In this document: positions 46,256 to 60,550 of the stretch, piece after piece | How the letters are laid out: the number at the start of each line of letters is the position of its first letter | Position numbering within the stretch: position 1 is the first letter of the stretch | NCBI GenBank assembly: GCA_963810935.1 | Contig: CAWEPK010000008.1 | Coordinates: 512,001-576,000 of the forward strand | Reading direction: 5' to 3' | Length of the DNA stretch: 64,000 nucleotides | Source: an uncultured delta proteobacterium | GTDB taxonomy: Bacteria; Desulfobacterota; Syntrophorhabdia; Syntrophorhabdales; WCHB1-27 | Made by a program: the position numbers and the translations under genes | Notes under the pieces: model-generated | The model's database searches: none | What the model was told of the DNA's origin: nothing | The model's input: only the letters and a program-made list of their open reading frames with translations

Positions 46256-48025
46256 CTACGCAAAATCCTCGGGAAATAGGGCCGACATCTCTTTTCTCAG
46301 CAACTGCTCGCTTTCTTTCGCCGACTCTTTGGAAAATATCTCTTTCACCAGGTCCCTGCAGTAGGTGTGACCCAGCCCCCTTACGATCTTTTTGACCCTC
46401 GGGATGGAGTAAGCGTTCATCGACAGCTCGTCCATGTCGAGACCGAGGAGTATGGGTACGTATAACGGCTCGCCCGCCATCTCGCCGCACAGGCAGACCT
46501 CGATCTTGCCGGCGTGCGCGTCATCGACCGTCTTCTTGATCATGCGCAGCACGGCCGGATGAAGCGGCTCGTACAGATACGAGACGTACTCGTTGATCCT
46601 GTCTATGGCAAGCGTGTACTGGATCAGGTCGTTCGTCCCGATGCTGAAGAAATCGACCTCCTTGGCCAGCAGGTCCGTAATCATGGTCGCCGAAGGCACC
46701 TCGATCATGATGCCTATCTTGATCCCCTCGTCGAACGGGACCTTCTCATCCTTCAGCTCCGCCATGCATTCGCGCAGGACCGCCTTCGCCTTCTTCACCT
46801 CGTCCATGCCCGAAACCATGGGGAACATGATGCGAAGCGGCCCGTAGGCGCTCGCCCTCAGCAAACCCCGGAGCTGCGCCTTGAATATCTCGACTTCCTT
46901 GATGCACAGGCGTATGGCCCGGAGGCCCATGGCAGGGTTGATCTCTTTCGGCACCTCGATCTTGGAGGCAAACTTATCGCCGCCTAAGTCCAGTGTGCGG
47001 ATAGTTGTATATGAGACCTTCCTGTTTTCGGCAAGCTTCCTGTATATGTGGTAGTGGTCCATCTCGGTCGGGAGCGTCTTGCGCGACAGGTAAATATACT
47101 CTGTCCGGTAAAGCCCGACTCCCTCCGCCCCGTACCGCTCGACGATATCCATCTCGGCCAGAAGCTCTATATTGGCGCCGACCCTTATCCTGAAGCCGTC
47201 CTTCGTTTCCGACTTCAGCTTGGCTATGCGCAGGTACTCCTTCCTCTGGGCGTTGCGGTGTACCTGCCTCACCAGGTAGTCCTTCTGCACTTCGGCCGAC
47301 GGGTTCAGGATAACGACGCCGTGGTCGCCGTCAATGATGATCGTGTCGTTGCTCCTCGCAAGCGACGTGACCTTGCCGAGGCCGACTACGGCCGGTATCT
47401 CCAGGGCCCTTGCCACGATCGACGTATGGGAGGTGCGGCCCCCCACATCAGTGACGAACCCCGACACCTTGTGCAGGTCGAGCTGGATCGTGTCCGCCGG
47501 AGAGAGGTCGGGGGCTACTATAATAACCTTCCCCCGCATGCCCTTGGCGTCCACGCCGGAGACCTTGCCCTTCACCATCATCCGCAGGAGCCTCTGATAG
47601 ATATGGTTAAGGTCCTGCCCCCTCTCGCGCAGGTATGGGTCCTCCACCTTCTCAAAACTGGAGAGGAACCTGGAAACGACCATTTCGAGCGCCCACTCCG
47701 CGTTGACGTGCCGCTTCCTTATGATATCGACCACGTCTCCCGTGAAATAGGCGTCCTGCAGCATAAGCATGTGGGCGTCGATAATAAACGCGTGCTTGCG
47801 CACCTCGTCATCGGGGATGGAATCCTTGACGCGGGAGAGGTCTTCGATCGCGCCTTTCACGGCGCCCCTGAACTTGCTCAACTCTTTCTCGACCTGCTCT
47901 TCCCTTATCTGGTGCTTGGCGACATGTACCTTGCCCCGCTCCAGCAGGTACACCCTGCCTATAGCGATGCCGGACGACACAGCCGTGCCGTTAAGCTCTG
48001 TTTGAGGCAATTTATTGTTGTTCAT
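46256..48025 (-). CDS. ptsI: PTS enzyme I (PEP-protein phosphotransferase)
   Basis: GGRTSHTSI, GVGLYRTE, RTLDLGGDK, EINPAMGLRAIR and SIGTNDLIQY. Confidence 0.96.
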   Translation of the reverse strand: MNNNKLPQTELNGTAVSSGIAIGRVYLLERGKVHVAKHQIREEQVEKELSKFRGAVKGAIEDLSRVKDSIPDDEVRKHAFIIDAHMLMLQDAYFTGDVVDIIRKRHVNAEWALEMVVSRFLSSFEKVEDPYLRERGQDLNHIYQRLLRMMVKGKVSGVDAKGMRGKVIIVAPDLSPADTIQLDLHKVSGFVTDVGGRTSHTSIVARALEIPAVVGLGKVTSLARSNDTIIIDGDHGVVILNPSAEVQKDYLVRQVHRNAQRKEYLRIAKLKSETKDGFRIRVGANIELLAEMDIVERYGAEGVGLYRTEYIYLSRKTLPTEMDHYHIYRKLAENRKVSYTTIRTLDLGGDKFASKIEVPKEINPAMGLRAIRLCIKEVEIFKAQLRGLLRASAYGPLRIMFPMVSGMDEVKKAKAVLRECMAELKDEKVPFDEGIKIGIMIEVPSATMITDLLAKEVDFFSIGTNDLIQYTLAIDRINEYVSYLYEPLHPAVLRMIKKTVDDAHAGKIEVCLCGEMAGEPLYVPILLGLDMDELSMNAYSIPRVKKIVRGLGHTYCRDLVKEIFSKESAKESEQLLRKEMSALFPEDFA

Positions 48026-48285
48026 GTCTCACCGAAGCCGTCCTCGATCAGCCGCCGCAAGTCGTCGAAAGCATCCTGCTCGTCGGTACCGTCGACCATG
48101 ACAGTAAGCTTTGTCCCGAGAGGACAAGCGAGCATCAGCAACCCCATGATGCTCTTTCCGTTCACCTTCTGGCCGTCCTTCTCAACCCAGACGTTCGATT
48201 GGTAGGATGACGCCTTTTTAACGAACTGGGCCGCGGCGCGCGCGTGCAGGCCGAGCCTGTTTCTTATCGTGAAAATCCCTTCCAT
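48022..48285 (-). CDS. ptsH: Phosphocarrier HPr
   Basis: GLHARAA (His15) and KSIMGL (Ser46). Confidence 0.95.
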   Translation of the reverse strand: MEGIFTIRNRLGLHARAAAQFVKKASSYQSNVWVEKDGQKVNGKSIMGLLMLACPLGTKLTVMVDGTDEQDAFDDLRRLIEDGFGET

Positions 48286-48290
48286 CAGCG

Positions 48291-48701
48291 CTATTCTGCC
48301 TTCCTTATGTTCAACACGTCGGTTGCGAGGTATATGTTCTTCTTGCCGTAGCTCGCTATAAAACCGGCCAGCTCGGGGAGGCCCTTGCCCTGGCGGTAAG
48401 TCACGAGCTTGATGAGCATCGGGAGGTTCGTGCCCGTCACTACCTCCACCTTGCCTGCTTCCAGAAAGGAGAGGCTGATGTTGGAGGGCGTGCCGCCGAA
48501 CATATCCGTCAGTATGACGGCGCCCTGGCCGGCATCGACGCTCTTCAGGGCGTCGGTGAGCTTCTTCTTTATCTTGTCGACGTCTTCGTCAGGGAAGATA
48601 TCGACGTACTGGAACTGTTCCTGCTTCCCGACTATCAACTCGGTGGCGGCGACCATCTCTCGGGCAAGGTTGAAATGAGCCACAACAACAATACCAATCA
48701 T
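48291..48701 (-). CDS. PTS EIIA component, mannose/fructose type
   Basis: IVVVAH, TDMFGGTPSN and GTNLPML. Confidence 0.92.
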   Translation of the reverse strand: MIGIVVVAHFNLAREMVAATELIVGKQEQFQYVDIFPDEDVDKIKKKLTDALKSVDAGQGAVILTDMFGGTPSNISLSFLEAGKVEVVTGTNLPMLIKLVTYRQGKGLPELAGFIASYGKKNIYLATDVLNIRKAE

Positions 48702-49552
48702 CGCCCCTCCTTGTCGATGTCCCGGTGCAGCACCGTCACATTATAACCCATGATACGCAGGTGCCCCTCCAGCTCGTTCGCGATCGCCGGCGAGCGGTGC
48801 CTGCCCCCCGTGCATCCGATGCAGATAGTGAGGTAGCTCTTGCCCTCACGCTCGTAAAGCGGGATCAGGCTGACGAAGAAATCAAGCAGCATCGGGAAAA
48901 ACCGGTCGTACGTCTCGTTCGACTTCACGTAGTCCGCAACGTCGCCGGCAAGCCCGGTCTTCTCCTTCAGCCCCGCTACGAAAAACGGGTTCGGGAGGAA
49001 GCGGACGTCCTGCACGAGATCGGCTTCCAGCGGTATCCCATAGCCGAACCCGAAGGAGACCAGGTTTATCTTCATCCTCTTCTCGCCGCCGCCGTACGTG
49101 CTGATGACGAAATTCCGCAGGCCGTTCGTCGTGAAGAGCGATGTGTCGATAACCTTGTCGGATATCTCCTTGATCCAGTTCATCTCCACCCGTTCGCTGC
49201 TGAGCGCCTCCCTGATGCTCGATGCGTCGTAAAACGGGTGGCTCCTCCGCGTCTCCTTAAACCGCCGCAGCAGCATCTCGTCGGTGCAGTCCAGGAATAT
49301 CAGCTCGACGTCGTACTTCTCCTTGACCTTGCTCAGCACCAGTTTACCTTCCTCGAAGAATTCCCTTTCCCGTATATCGATCACGAAAGCTGACTTGGAC
49401 AGCTTCGATTCCGGGCTCGTCGAAAGCTCCAGGAAGTTTCGCAGCAGCACCAGCGGGAAATTATCTACGCAGAAATATCCCGCGTCTTCGAGCGCCTTAA
49501 GAAACGTAGTCTTCCCCGACCCTGAAATGCCGCTGAGGATGACCGTCTTCAT
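48698..49552 (-). CDS. rapZ: RNase adapter RapZ/YvcJ
   Basis: SGISGSGKT, CVDNFP, RFKETRR, DVRFLPNP and GCTGGRHRS. Confidence 0.95.
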   Translation of the reverse strand: MKTVILSGISGSGKTTFLKALEDAGYFCVDNFPLVLLRNFLELSTSPESKLSKSAFVIDIREREFFEEGKLVLSKVKEKYDVELIFLDCTDEMLLRRFKETRRSHPFYDASSIREALSSERVEMNWIKEISDKVIDTSLFTTNGLRNFVISTYGGGEKRMKINLVSFGFGYGIPLEADLVQDVRFLPNPFFVAGLKEKTGLAGDVADYVKSNETYDRFFPMLLDFFVSLIPLYEREGKSYLTICIGCTGGRHRSPAIANELEGHLRIMGYNVTVLHRDIDKEGR

Positions 49553-50490
49553 TCTTCACCCTCTTTCCGCGCAGACCGCAATACCCGCTTCTCCAGGTCG
49601 CGCGCTGTATCTATCCCATCCGTCTTGAGCACGTGGTTCCTGCACGCCAGCTCTATTACCGCCGATACGTTCCGCCCGGGACTTATGGGGATACGTATGA
49701 GCGGCAGGTCCAGGCCCAGAAGGCGGTACTTTTCATTGCCCAGGCCGACCCTCTCGTAGTCCGCGCTGTTATCCCAGTCCACAAGCTCTACTACCAGCTC
49801 TATCCTCTTGCTCGGCCTGACTGCCGCCACGCCGAAAAGCTGCCGTATGTCCACTATGCCGATGCCCCTTACCTCCAGGAGATTCCTGAGCATCTCCGGA
49901 GATCCTCCCACAAGGTCCAGGGCTCCTATCTTCTTTACCTCAACTACGTCGTCGCTCACGAGGCGAAAGCCGCGCATGACCAGGTCAAGGGCGTTCTCGC
50001 TCTTGCCTATGCCGCTCCTGCCGATAATGAGCGCCCCAACGCCCACGATCTCCATCAGCACGCCGTGGACGATGTCCGAAGGTGCGAGCATCTCCTCCAA
50101 GCCGCGCGCGAGCCGCTCGATGAAAACGGCCGTCACGAGCCTGCTCCGGAGCAGCGGTATTTTCCTCTCTCCGGTTTCCCTGAGCAGGCACTCGGGCACT
50201 TTCAAACCGCGCGTGACGACGAAGCACGCGACGTCCCGGCTGCACAGGTCGTGCACGATCCTCTCGCTCTCACCACCCGGAAGGCCCCTGAGGTAGGATA
50301 TCTCGGTGTAGCCGAGAATCTGCACCCTGTGCGGGTGAAGGTAGACCATGTAGCCGGCTATAACGAGGCCCAGTTTCTGGATCCTCGGGTTGTATATCTT
50401 TTTTGAGAGCCCTTCCGCGCCCGCGATGATATCGAGCTCCAGGCCGTAGGTCCTATCTTCGAGGATCTGTCGAACCGTTATGCCCTTCAT
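49549..50490 (-). CDS. hprK: HPr kinase/phosphorylase
   Basis: VHGVL, GRSGIGKSE, LVSDD, LEVRGIGI and PGRN. Confidence 0.95.
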   Translation of the reverse strand: MKGITVRQILEDRTYGLELDIIAGAEGLSKKIYNPRIQKLGLVIAGYMVYLHPHRVQILGYTEISYLRGLPGGESERIVHDLCSRDVACFVVTRGLKVPECLLRETGERKIPLLRSRLVTAVFIERLARGLEEMLAPSDIVHGVLMEIVGVGALIIGRSGIGKSENALDLVMRGFRLVSDDVVEVKKIGALDLVGGSPEMLRNLLEVRGIGIVDIRQLFGVAAVRPSKRIELVVELVDWDNSADYERVGLGNEKYRLLGLDLPLIRIPISPGRNVSAVIELACRNHVLKTDGIDTARDLEKRVLRSARKEGEE

Positions 50491-50954
50491 CCACCGAACT
50501 TTTTGTCCTCTTCGACGATATCGCCGTACAGGTCCCCGTCCCCGCCTTGCTCGATCAGGCGTTTTCTAAATGACGGGTCTCTCAGCACACGCGATATCCG
50601 GGACAGCATCTGGATGTGAAGCCCGGCAGAGTCCTCCGGCGCCAAAAGCAGAAACACGATGTGAACGGGCTGCCCGTCCACCGCGTCGAAGTTTATGCCC
50701 GTCTTAGACCTGCCGAAGGCGCACAACAGGTGCGTCAGGCCTTTCATCTTCCCGTGCGGTATGGCGACACCGTCGCCAATGCCCGTGCTGCCTAGCTTTT
50801 CGCGCTCCAGGATGACGCCGACCGCCTCGTCCACACTCTCTATGAGGCCTGTTTCCTTCATGGCCGTCGTCAGCTCTTTAAGCACTTCTTCCTTCGTCGA
50901 TCCCTTGAGGTCTGCAATTACGCAAGATTCCCTCAGGGCATCACCCATCTTCAT
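50487..50954 (-). CDS. ptsN: PTS EIIA-Ntr
   Basis: EREKLGSTGIGDGVAIPHG. Confidence 0.93.
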   Translation of the reverse strand: MKMGDALRESCVIADLKGSTKEEVLKELTTAMKETGLIESVDEAVGVILEREKLGSTGIGDGVAIPHGKMKGLTHLLCAFGRSKTGINFDAVDGQPVHIVFLLLAPEDSAGLHIQMLSRISRVLRDPSFRKRLIEQGGDGDLYGDIVEEDKKFGG

Positions 50955-51475
50955 AGGGCCCTTCCCCTCGTTTCGATAAGGCTGAAATTGCCGTCTTTCC
51001 GTTTGTACAACACGCAGACGTTGCCCCTCTCGATCTCCCGGAATATGATGAAACCGTCGCCGGAGGCGGCCAGCTGCATCTTCGCCTCTTCGGGGTCCAT
51101 CGGCTTGGCGTCAATGGTCCGCTGCATGATGACCTGCGGGCCTCTCTCTTCCCTCTCGCCTTCCGGATACTTCGGCTTGCCCTCACGGTACTGCTTCACC
51201 TTGTCCCGGTACCGCGACAGCCGCGTCTCCAGCTTGTCGAGTATGCTGTCGACGGCCGCGTGCATGTCGTCCTTCACGTCGTGCGCGTTTATGACCACGC
51301 CGTTGAGGGTAAACATCACGTCCACCCTCTGCCTGTACTTGCGCTCGAGGGAAAGGACCACGTGGAGGTCAAGCGAGCTTTCGACGAACTTTTGCAGCCT
51401 TGAAAGCTTCTCTTCCACGTACTTTTTCAGGTCGTCATCCGGTGCGACCCGCCTGAAGGCGATAGTGATATCCAT
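50951..51475 (-). CDS. hpf: Ribosome hibernation promoting factor (long HPF)
   Basis: RaiA-like N-terminal domain plus C-terminal KPMDPEEAKMQL...YKRKDGNFSLIE; lies after rpoN. Confidence 0.93.
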   Translation of the reverse strand: MDITIAFRRVAPDDDLKKYVEEKLSRLQKFVESSLDLHVVLSLERKYRQRVDVMFTLNGVVINAHDVKDDMHAAVDSILDKLETRLSRYRDKVKQYREGKPKYPEGEREERGPQVIMQRTIDAKPMDPEEAKMQLAASGDGFIIFREIERGNVCVLYKRKDGNFSLIETRGRAL

Positions 51476-51593
51476 GTTACCCCCAGAACATACTAATTAC
51501 GAACCGGCGGCAAGCCTGGTTCGCTAAAAGCAGTTGCCCCGGCGCCTCGCTCTTCGCTCTACGAACAAAAGCGGCCGTCCGGCGCCCCATTTA

Positions 51594-52956
51594 TCAATCA
51601 AGCCTCCGCCGCTCGCGCGAAGACTGGATATGCAGCACTTCCCTGTACTTGGCGACCGTCCTCCTGGCTAGCTTCGCGCCGAACTTCTCTTTGAGAAGGA
51701 CCACGATCTCCTCATCCTTCAGCGGGTTGCGCCTGTCTTCCTTTTCGATGATCTCGGAGATGCAGTCCATCACTGCGTTGGCGGACTGCGCGTCCCCGTT
51801 CTCGCTGCCGATGCCCGTCGTGAAGAAGAACTTCATCTCGAAAACGCCGCACGGCGTGCCCATATACTTGTTGCTCGTTATCCTGCTCACTGTCGATTCG
51901 TGTACGCCCACGTAGTTCGCAACATCTTTCAATATTAGAGGCTTCAGGCAGCGCACCCCCTTATCGAAAAACTCCTTCTGAAAATCGACGATGCTCTTCG
52001 CGACGAGGTAGAGTGTCCTCTGTCTTTGCTGCAGGCTCTTCATGAACCATTCCGCCTGCTTGATCTTCTTCCTGATGTACTCCTTGGCGTCTCCGTTCAC
52101 CCTGTCCTTTACGAAGAGATCGACGTAGTACCTGTTCATCTTTAGGTCCGGAACGTCCTCGTCGTTCAGAAAAACTTCGAAGCCGTCCTCCCCTTTGACG
52201 ACGTGGACGTCGGGGACGACGTAGATCGGCTGGTCGCTTTCGAAATTGCGGCCCGGCTTCGGGTCGAAGCTCTTGATCTTCTCGAAGATCGTCCTGATCG
52301 CATCTATCGAATAGCCGGTCCTCTTAGCAATCTCCTTAAGGTCCGACCTCCTGAAGAGGTCGAAGTGGTTGTTGACCACGTCCTCGAAAATCACGTCCTT
52401 CTCGCCGGTCTCCGCGTACTGGATGAGCAGGCATTCCCTCAGGTCGCGCGCCCCTACCCCTGCCGGGTCCAGCTTCTGGACCTTCTTGAGCGCCCCTTCC
52501 AGGGCGGCTACGGGGATTGCGGACATCTGCGATATCTCTTCGAGCGTGGTCGAGAGATAGCCGTTGTCGTCTATGTTCTCAATGATCCATTCGGCGCAGA
52601 TCCTCTCGTCGGAGGAAAAATCGGATACCCCCGACTGCCAGCGCAGGTAGTCGCGCAGGCCCGCCGCTTTCTTCACGATGTTCTCGTAATCGGGGTAGTC
52701 CTTGTCGTCGCGCGGGGTAAACTCCTCGGACGGCGAGTACCTTTCGAGCCATTCCAGGACGTCTTCCTTCTTCGGCGTCTCCTTTTCCTCCGCCGGCTCT
52801 TCCTGCATCTCCAGGACGGGGTTCTCTTTAATCTCCTGCTCTATGGCCTCTATAAGCTCAAGCTGCGAGAGGCTGGAGCAGCTTGATGGCCTGCTGCAAC
52901 TGGGGTGTCAGCACCAATTGCTGCGCGAGCTTTTGGGTCTGCTTAAGTTCCAGCAT
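51594..52956 (-). CDS. rpoN: RNA polymerase sigma-54 factor, split by a +1 frameshift near 52872
   Basis: MLELKQTQKLAQQLVLTPQLQQAIKLLQ|LSQLEL...ENPVLE, HESTVSR and the RpoN box ARRTVAKYRE. Confidence 0.95.
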
Positions 52957-53710
52957 TAATGTAAAACTCCTCGCCTAGATAAACCTCTCGGGCAAGCTTG
53001 CTTTTGGCTATCTCGAACGGGTCGCCCTCTATCAGTATCCTCCCGTCGTTTATTATGTATGCCCTGTCGCAAATGGGCAGAGAATCGCGCACGTTGTGGT
53101 CGGAGATAAGAATGCCTATGCCCCTCTTCTTCAATCCCAGGACGATCTTCTTCAGGTCGGAGATCGATATGGGGTCGATGCCGGAGAACGGCTCGTCGAG
53201 GAGCATGAACTTGGGGGCTATCATCATGGCCCTGGCTATCTCGAGCCTCCTGCGCTCGCCGCCCGAAAGCAGGTCTGCGCTGTTGTCCGCAAGGTGCGCC
53301 AGCCTGAACGAATCCAGCACCTCCTGGATCTTATGCCCCATAACGCTCCTGTCCGTCTCATGGAACTCCATGATGGACCTGAGGTTGTCCCTGACGCTCA
53401 TTTTCTTGAAGATGGACGGCTCCTGGGGCAGGTAGGTAATCCCTTTCCGGGCACGCAGGAACATGGGAAGGTCCGTCAGGTTGTCGTCATCCAGCTTGAT
53501 CTCCCCCGCATCCGGCCGTATGAAGCCGATAATCATGTAAAAACTGGTCGTCTTGCCTGCTCCGTTGGGCCCGAACAGGCCGACTACCTCTCCGGTGTCC
53601 ACGTAAACAGCCACATCGTCCACTACCTTCCGCGAATCGTACGTCTTCGAAAGGTGCTGCGCACTTAGCACAGACGCCGGTTTTACCGGTCCCGTCATTC
53701 TTCCTTCCAT
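52943..53710 (-). CDS. lptB: LPS export ABC transporter ATPase
   Basis: GPNGAGKTT, YLPQEPSIF, LSGGERRRLEIAR, LDEPFSGIDP and DHNVR. Confidence 0.96.
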   Translation of the reverse strand: MEGRMTGPVKPASVLSAQHLSKTYDSRKVVDDVAVYVDTGEVVGLFGPNGAGKTTSFYMIIGFIRPDAGEIKLDDDNLTDLPMFLRARKGITYLPQEPSIFKKMSVRDNLRSIMEFHETDRSVMGHKIQEVLDSFRLAHLADNSADLLSGGERRRLEIARAMMIAPKFMLLDEPFSGIDPISISDLKKIVLGLKKRGIGILISDHNVRDSLPICDRAYIINDGRILIEGDPFEIAKSKLAREVYLGEEFYINAGT

Positions 53711-53711
53711 T

Positions 53712-54629
53712 TTATCGAGCCCGCGGCTCCAGCTTCATTTTCGGCTCTTCCACCGAGAATTTGTCGCCGGCCATGTCATAAATTATCGTGTCCCCTTGCA
53801 TGTCTACCTTGTCCCTGATAATCCGCGGGTGGTCCGTCAATATTACCTTATCTTCCTTAAAATAATATACTGCCCGCTGACTTTTAGCAATAGTCCCCTT
53901 AGATAGGATCTTTACGCTGCCGGCGGCGTCGATCTTCTCCATTTCGTCCTGGTTGGAGAGCACTTGCACCCTGTCGCAATACATGTCCATCTTCTCGCCT
54001 TTGACCACCACGTCGCCTTCGAAGATGTACGTATTGTCTTTTAACAGGTACACGAACTTATTGGCGGTGAAGGTGTACTTGCCCTTCTCCTCCTGTATGT
54101 TCCCGCTGACGTCCTTCTCGACGGTGATGACCTGGTCTTTCGTGTCCGCCCTCAGACCTATACCCTTCATCGTGAACTTCTTGCCCTGGAGGTCCACGGG
54201 CGCCGTTGTATACGCGAGCGACTTCTGGAAATCGAACTCCATGGACGGGCTTTTGATGATGTACTCGCCCTTGTAGAAGACCTCCACACCCTGGACGCTT
54301 CCGACCTCTTTGACCGTATCCATCGTCCCCTTTACGCCCGTAAAGGTTACAATAGTGTCGGGCTTGGGCTTGTAGGTCCCCTTTATGCCCTCCATCTCGA
54401 CTATCGGCTTATCGATATACTTTCTCATGATGTCGGCCCGTATCTCCCAGTCGATGATGCCCTTTTTCTCCCCGGAGTACTTGATGTCCTTGAAAACGAT
54501 GACCTGCTTGCCCTCCTGTTTTACGTTGGAGGTGGCCCTCTCCGGCTTTTGCAGGAAGAAATAACCCGCGAGGATGATGATGCCTACGATAAAAGCGACT
54601 GCTATATAGACGATTTTGTTGCGGTTCAT
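53712..54629 (-). CDS. Fused LptC-LptA beta-jellyroll LPS transport protein
   Basis: N-terminal TM helix, LptC-like domain (WEIRAD...APVDLQG...KGIGLRAD...DVSG), then LptA-like domain (FEGDVVVK...CDRV...AAGSVKI...AVYY...LTDHPRI...GDTIIYD). Only gene between kdsD and lptB. Confidence 0.8.
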   Translation of the reverse strand: MNRNKIVYIAVAFIVGIIILAGYFFLQKPERATSNVKQEGKQVIVFKDIKYSGEKKGIIDWEIRADIMRKYIDKPIVEMEGIKGTYKPKPDTIVTFTGVKGTMDTVKEVGSVQGVEVFYKGEYIIKSPSMEFDFQKSLAYTTAPVDLQGKKFTMKGIGLRADTKDQVITVEKDVSGNIQEEKGKYTFTANKFVYLLKDNTYIFEGDVVVKGEKMDMYCDRVQVLSNQDEMEKIDAAGSVKILSKGTIAKSQRAVYYFKEDKVILTDHPRIIRDKVDMQGDTIIYDMAGDKFSVEEPKMKLEPRAR

Positions 54630-54656
54630 GTTGCGGGTCCTATAAGCCGCATGGAC

Positions 54657-55621
54657 TTATACGATCTTCGCTTTCAGCAGGTCGTGGATATGGAGCACGC
54701 CGATCGGGTGCTTGTGCTCGTCCTTTTCGAAGACAAAGAGGGACGTAATCGAGTATTCCTCCATTTCTTTGAGGGCGCGTGCCGCAAGAGCGTCCTTACC
54801 GATGCCCTTTGGGTCCTTGGTCATCACGTCCACGGCCCGCAAGGAGAGCATATTTTCGTATTTCTCGAAGGCCCTCCGGAGGTCGCCGTCGGTGATTATA
54901 CCCGTCAGCTCGTCCTGACTGTTGAAAACGCCCGTCATGCCCAGCCTTTTCGACGTAACTTCCATGATCGCCTGCCGCATCGGCGCTTCCTCGTAAACGT
55001 GGGGCAACGCCTGCCCCGTATGCATCACGTCCTCCGCCTTGAGGATAAGGCTCCTGCCGATGCTGCCGCCCGGGTGGAGGAGCGCCAGGTCGTCCACCGT
55101 AAAGTTCCTCTCCTTCATTAAAGCTACGGCCAGCGCGTCACCCAGGGCAAGGGTCGTAGTGGTGCTCGACGTAGGGATGAGGTTGTACGGGCATGCCTCT
55201 TCGACCCGCACGTCCAGCACGACGTCCCCATGGCGAGCTATAGTGGATTCCCTGTTGCCCGTGACTACGATGCTCACCATGCCCATACGCTTTATCCACG
55301 GCAGGATCTTGATTACCTCCTCGGTCTCTCCGCTGTTGGAGATAATGAAGAATATGTCTTCTTTACGGACTATGCCCAGGTCGCCGTGGACCGAATCCGC
55401 CGGGTGGAGGTATATCGACGGCATGCCGATGCTGGAGAACGTGGCGGCTATTTTCTTGGCTACGAGGCCCGATTTGCCTATACCGGAGAAGACGACCCTG
55501 CCTTTCGTCGCGCAGACGGCGTCCACGGCCCGGTCGAAGTCTTCGTTGAGCGTCTCCATCACCTGGAGGATCGCGCGGGCTTCCTTCTCCAGGACCTCTC
55601 TGCCTATGGCAACGTGCCTGC

Positions 55622-55625
<4 letters not shown>
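54657..55625 (-). CDS. kdsD: Arabinose-5-phosphate isomerase (KpsF/GutQ, SIS+CBS)
   Basis: GIGKSG, HGDLG, SNSGET, EACPYNLIPTSST, HPGG and CBS pair. Confidence 0.95.
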
Positions 55626-59260
<3,635 letters not shown>

Positions 59261-59264
<4 letters not shown>

Positions 59265-60550
59265 ATGCGCCCCTGCTCGATGCGCACGTGGATGCTCTGG
59301 CCGCTGATGAAGTCCTGCTTGTCCAGCTCGGCCTTCGCGTCCAAAAGGTCGCCTTCGGCGGCCTCGTGCGTAAGCATCACGATAGGCACATACTCGTTCT
59401 CTCCCCGGCCTTTCTGCGTAACGGCCGCTATGCTTATCCGGTGGTCGGCCAGTATCCCCGATACACGGGAGAGGACGCCCGGCTTGTCCTCCGTCTTCAG
59501 CCTGACATAGAATGAGGAGACCGATTCCCTGCTCTTTTTAACCCTTCTGCCGTTTTCCGCGAGCCGCGCGGCCGCCCTGCGGCACCCCGCGGCCTTCCTG
59601 ACGGCCATATCCACGATGTCGCTCACAACCGCGCTTGCAGTCGGGTCGGCGCCCGCGCCCTTGCCGTAATAGAGGTTCGGACCGACCCTGTCGCCCACAA
59701 TATAGACCGCGTTATAGACGTCACCCACGCTGCTCATCAGGTGGCCGGCGGGCAGCATGGCAGGCACAGCCCGCGCCTCTATAACCCCGTCCTCTTCGCT
59801 CGCGACAGCCAGGAGCTTTATCTTATAGCCCAGCTCTTCTGCGAAGGCGATGTCTATCGGCTCTATCTGCGAGATCCCGCCCATGCCTATGTCCGCCATT
59901 GAAAGGGGATACCCGAAGGCCAGGCGGGCCAGTATGCAGAGCTTGTGGGCCGCGTCGATGCCCTCCACGTCGAAGGTGGGGTCCGCCTCCGCGAACCCGG
60001 CGGCCTGCGCCTCCGCCAGCGCTTCTGCGAAAGGCAACCCCTCGGCGCTCATCCGCGTGAGGATGTAATTGCTCGTCCCGTTCAGGATGCCGAGGATGTA
60101 GCCGATCCTGTTGCCTACCAGGCCGTCCCGTATCGCCCTTATGACAGGTATGCCGCCGCAGACGGACGCCTCGAACCCTAACTCACAGCCGCACTCGGCC
60201 GCAGAAAGGAATATTTCGTTCCCTTTTTCAGCAAGGAGGGCCTTGTTTGCGGTAACGACCCACTTGCCCGTGCCGAATGCAGACGTGATGAAGGCCCCTG
60301 CGACGCCGGTGCCGCCTATCAGCTCTACGATGATGTCTATCGATGGGTCGCCGATCAGCTCCTCGGCGGTCCTGAAGAACCCCGGCCCTTCAGCGCCCGC
60401 GCCGTCGCGCCTGGCGGCGTCGATCTCCGCAGCGCCCGCCACGACTATATCGAGACCGGTCCTCTGCGCTATGAGCGAGCGGTGTTCTTTAAGGAGGCGA
60501 TATGTGCCGCGGCCTACAGTGCCGAGACCTATGATGCCGACCCGGATCAT
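59261..60550 (-). CDS. hom: Homoserine dehydrogenase with C-terminal ACT domain
   Basis: [39 protein letters not shown] and EDKPGVL. Confidence 0.96.

Noticed and set aside
46256..50954. PTS genes without EIIB/EIIC as a novel system
   Set aside because: A regulatory PTS (EI, HPr, HprK, EIIA-Ntr, EIIA-Man, RapZ) downstream of rpoN is a known, common arrangement.
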